Shown piece after piece: positions 26,301 to 26,302 of a stretch of DNA of 26,302 nt. The translations under genes were made by a program, and so were the position numbers. The notes below the pieces were generated by a model. It searched no databases, was not told the DNA's origin, and saw nothing but the letters and a program-made list of their open reading frames with translations. Each line of letters starts with the position of its first letter. The stretch's first letter is position 1. The stretch comes from Elusimicrobiota bacterium (lineage in GTDB: Bacteria > Elusimicrobiota > UBA8919), in the NCBI GenBank assembly GCA_043816185.1, contig JBDRIG010000110.1, forward strand, positions 1-26,302, in the 5' to 3' direction.

Positions 26301-26302
26301 GT

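Overview
AT-rich bacterial chromosomal region, almost all on the minus strand. It is a diderm; the pilin-like domain and PorV-like barrel are loosely reminiscent of Elusimicrobiota (inference only). Housekeeping content: pmbA, a Nudix hydrolase, short argA-type acetyltransferase, 2-oxoacid:ferredoxin oxidoreductase alpha/beta/gamma, a bioB-F-C-D-A operon without bioH, queH, two lipoproteins, hisS, a nitroreductase, a PorV-like/HhH beta-barrel pair, recR and dnaX, plus five tRNA genes. Two tRNAs stand out. (1) 23964..24036 has a textbook alanine body (G3.U70, A73) but a CUC (Glu) anticodon, while GAG still encodes conserved Glu residues in this window. (2) tRNA-Asn(GUU) at 20990..21361 is split between anticodon positions 35 and 36 by a 300-nt ORF-less group I intron. 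Also present: a decayed HTH/DUF4160/DUF2442 islet downstream of tRNA-Asn, an unannotated 51-aa gene, and several palindromic repeats, two of which bracket a two-gene cassette.
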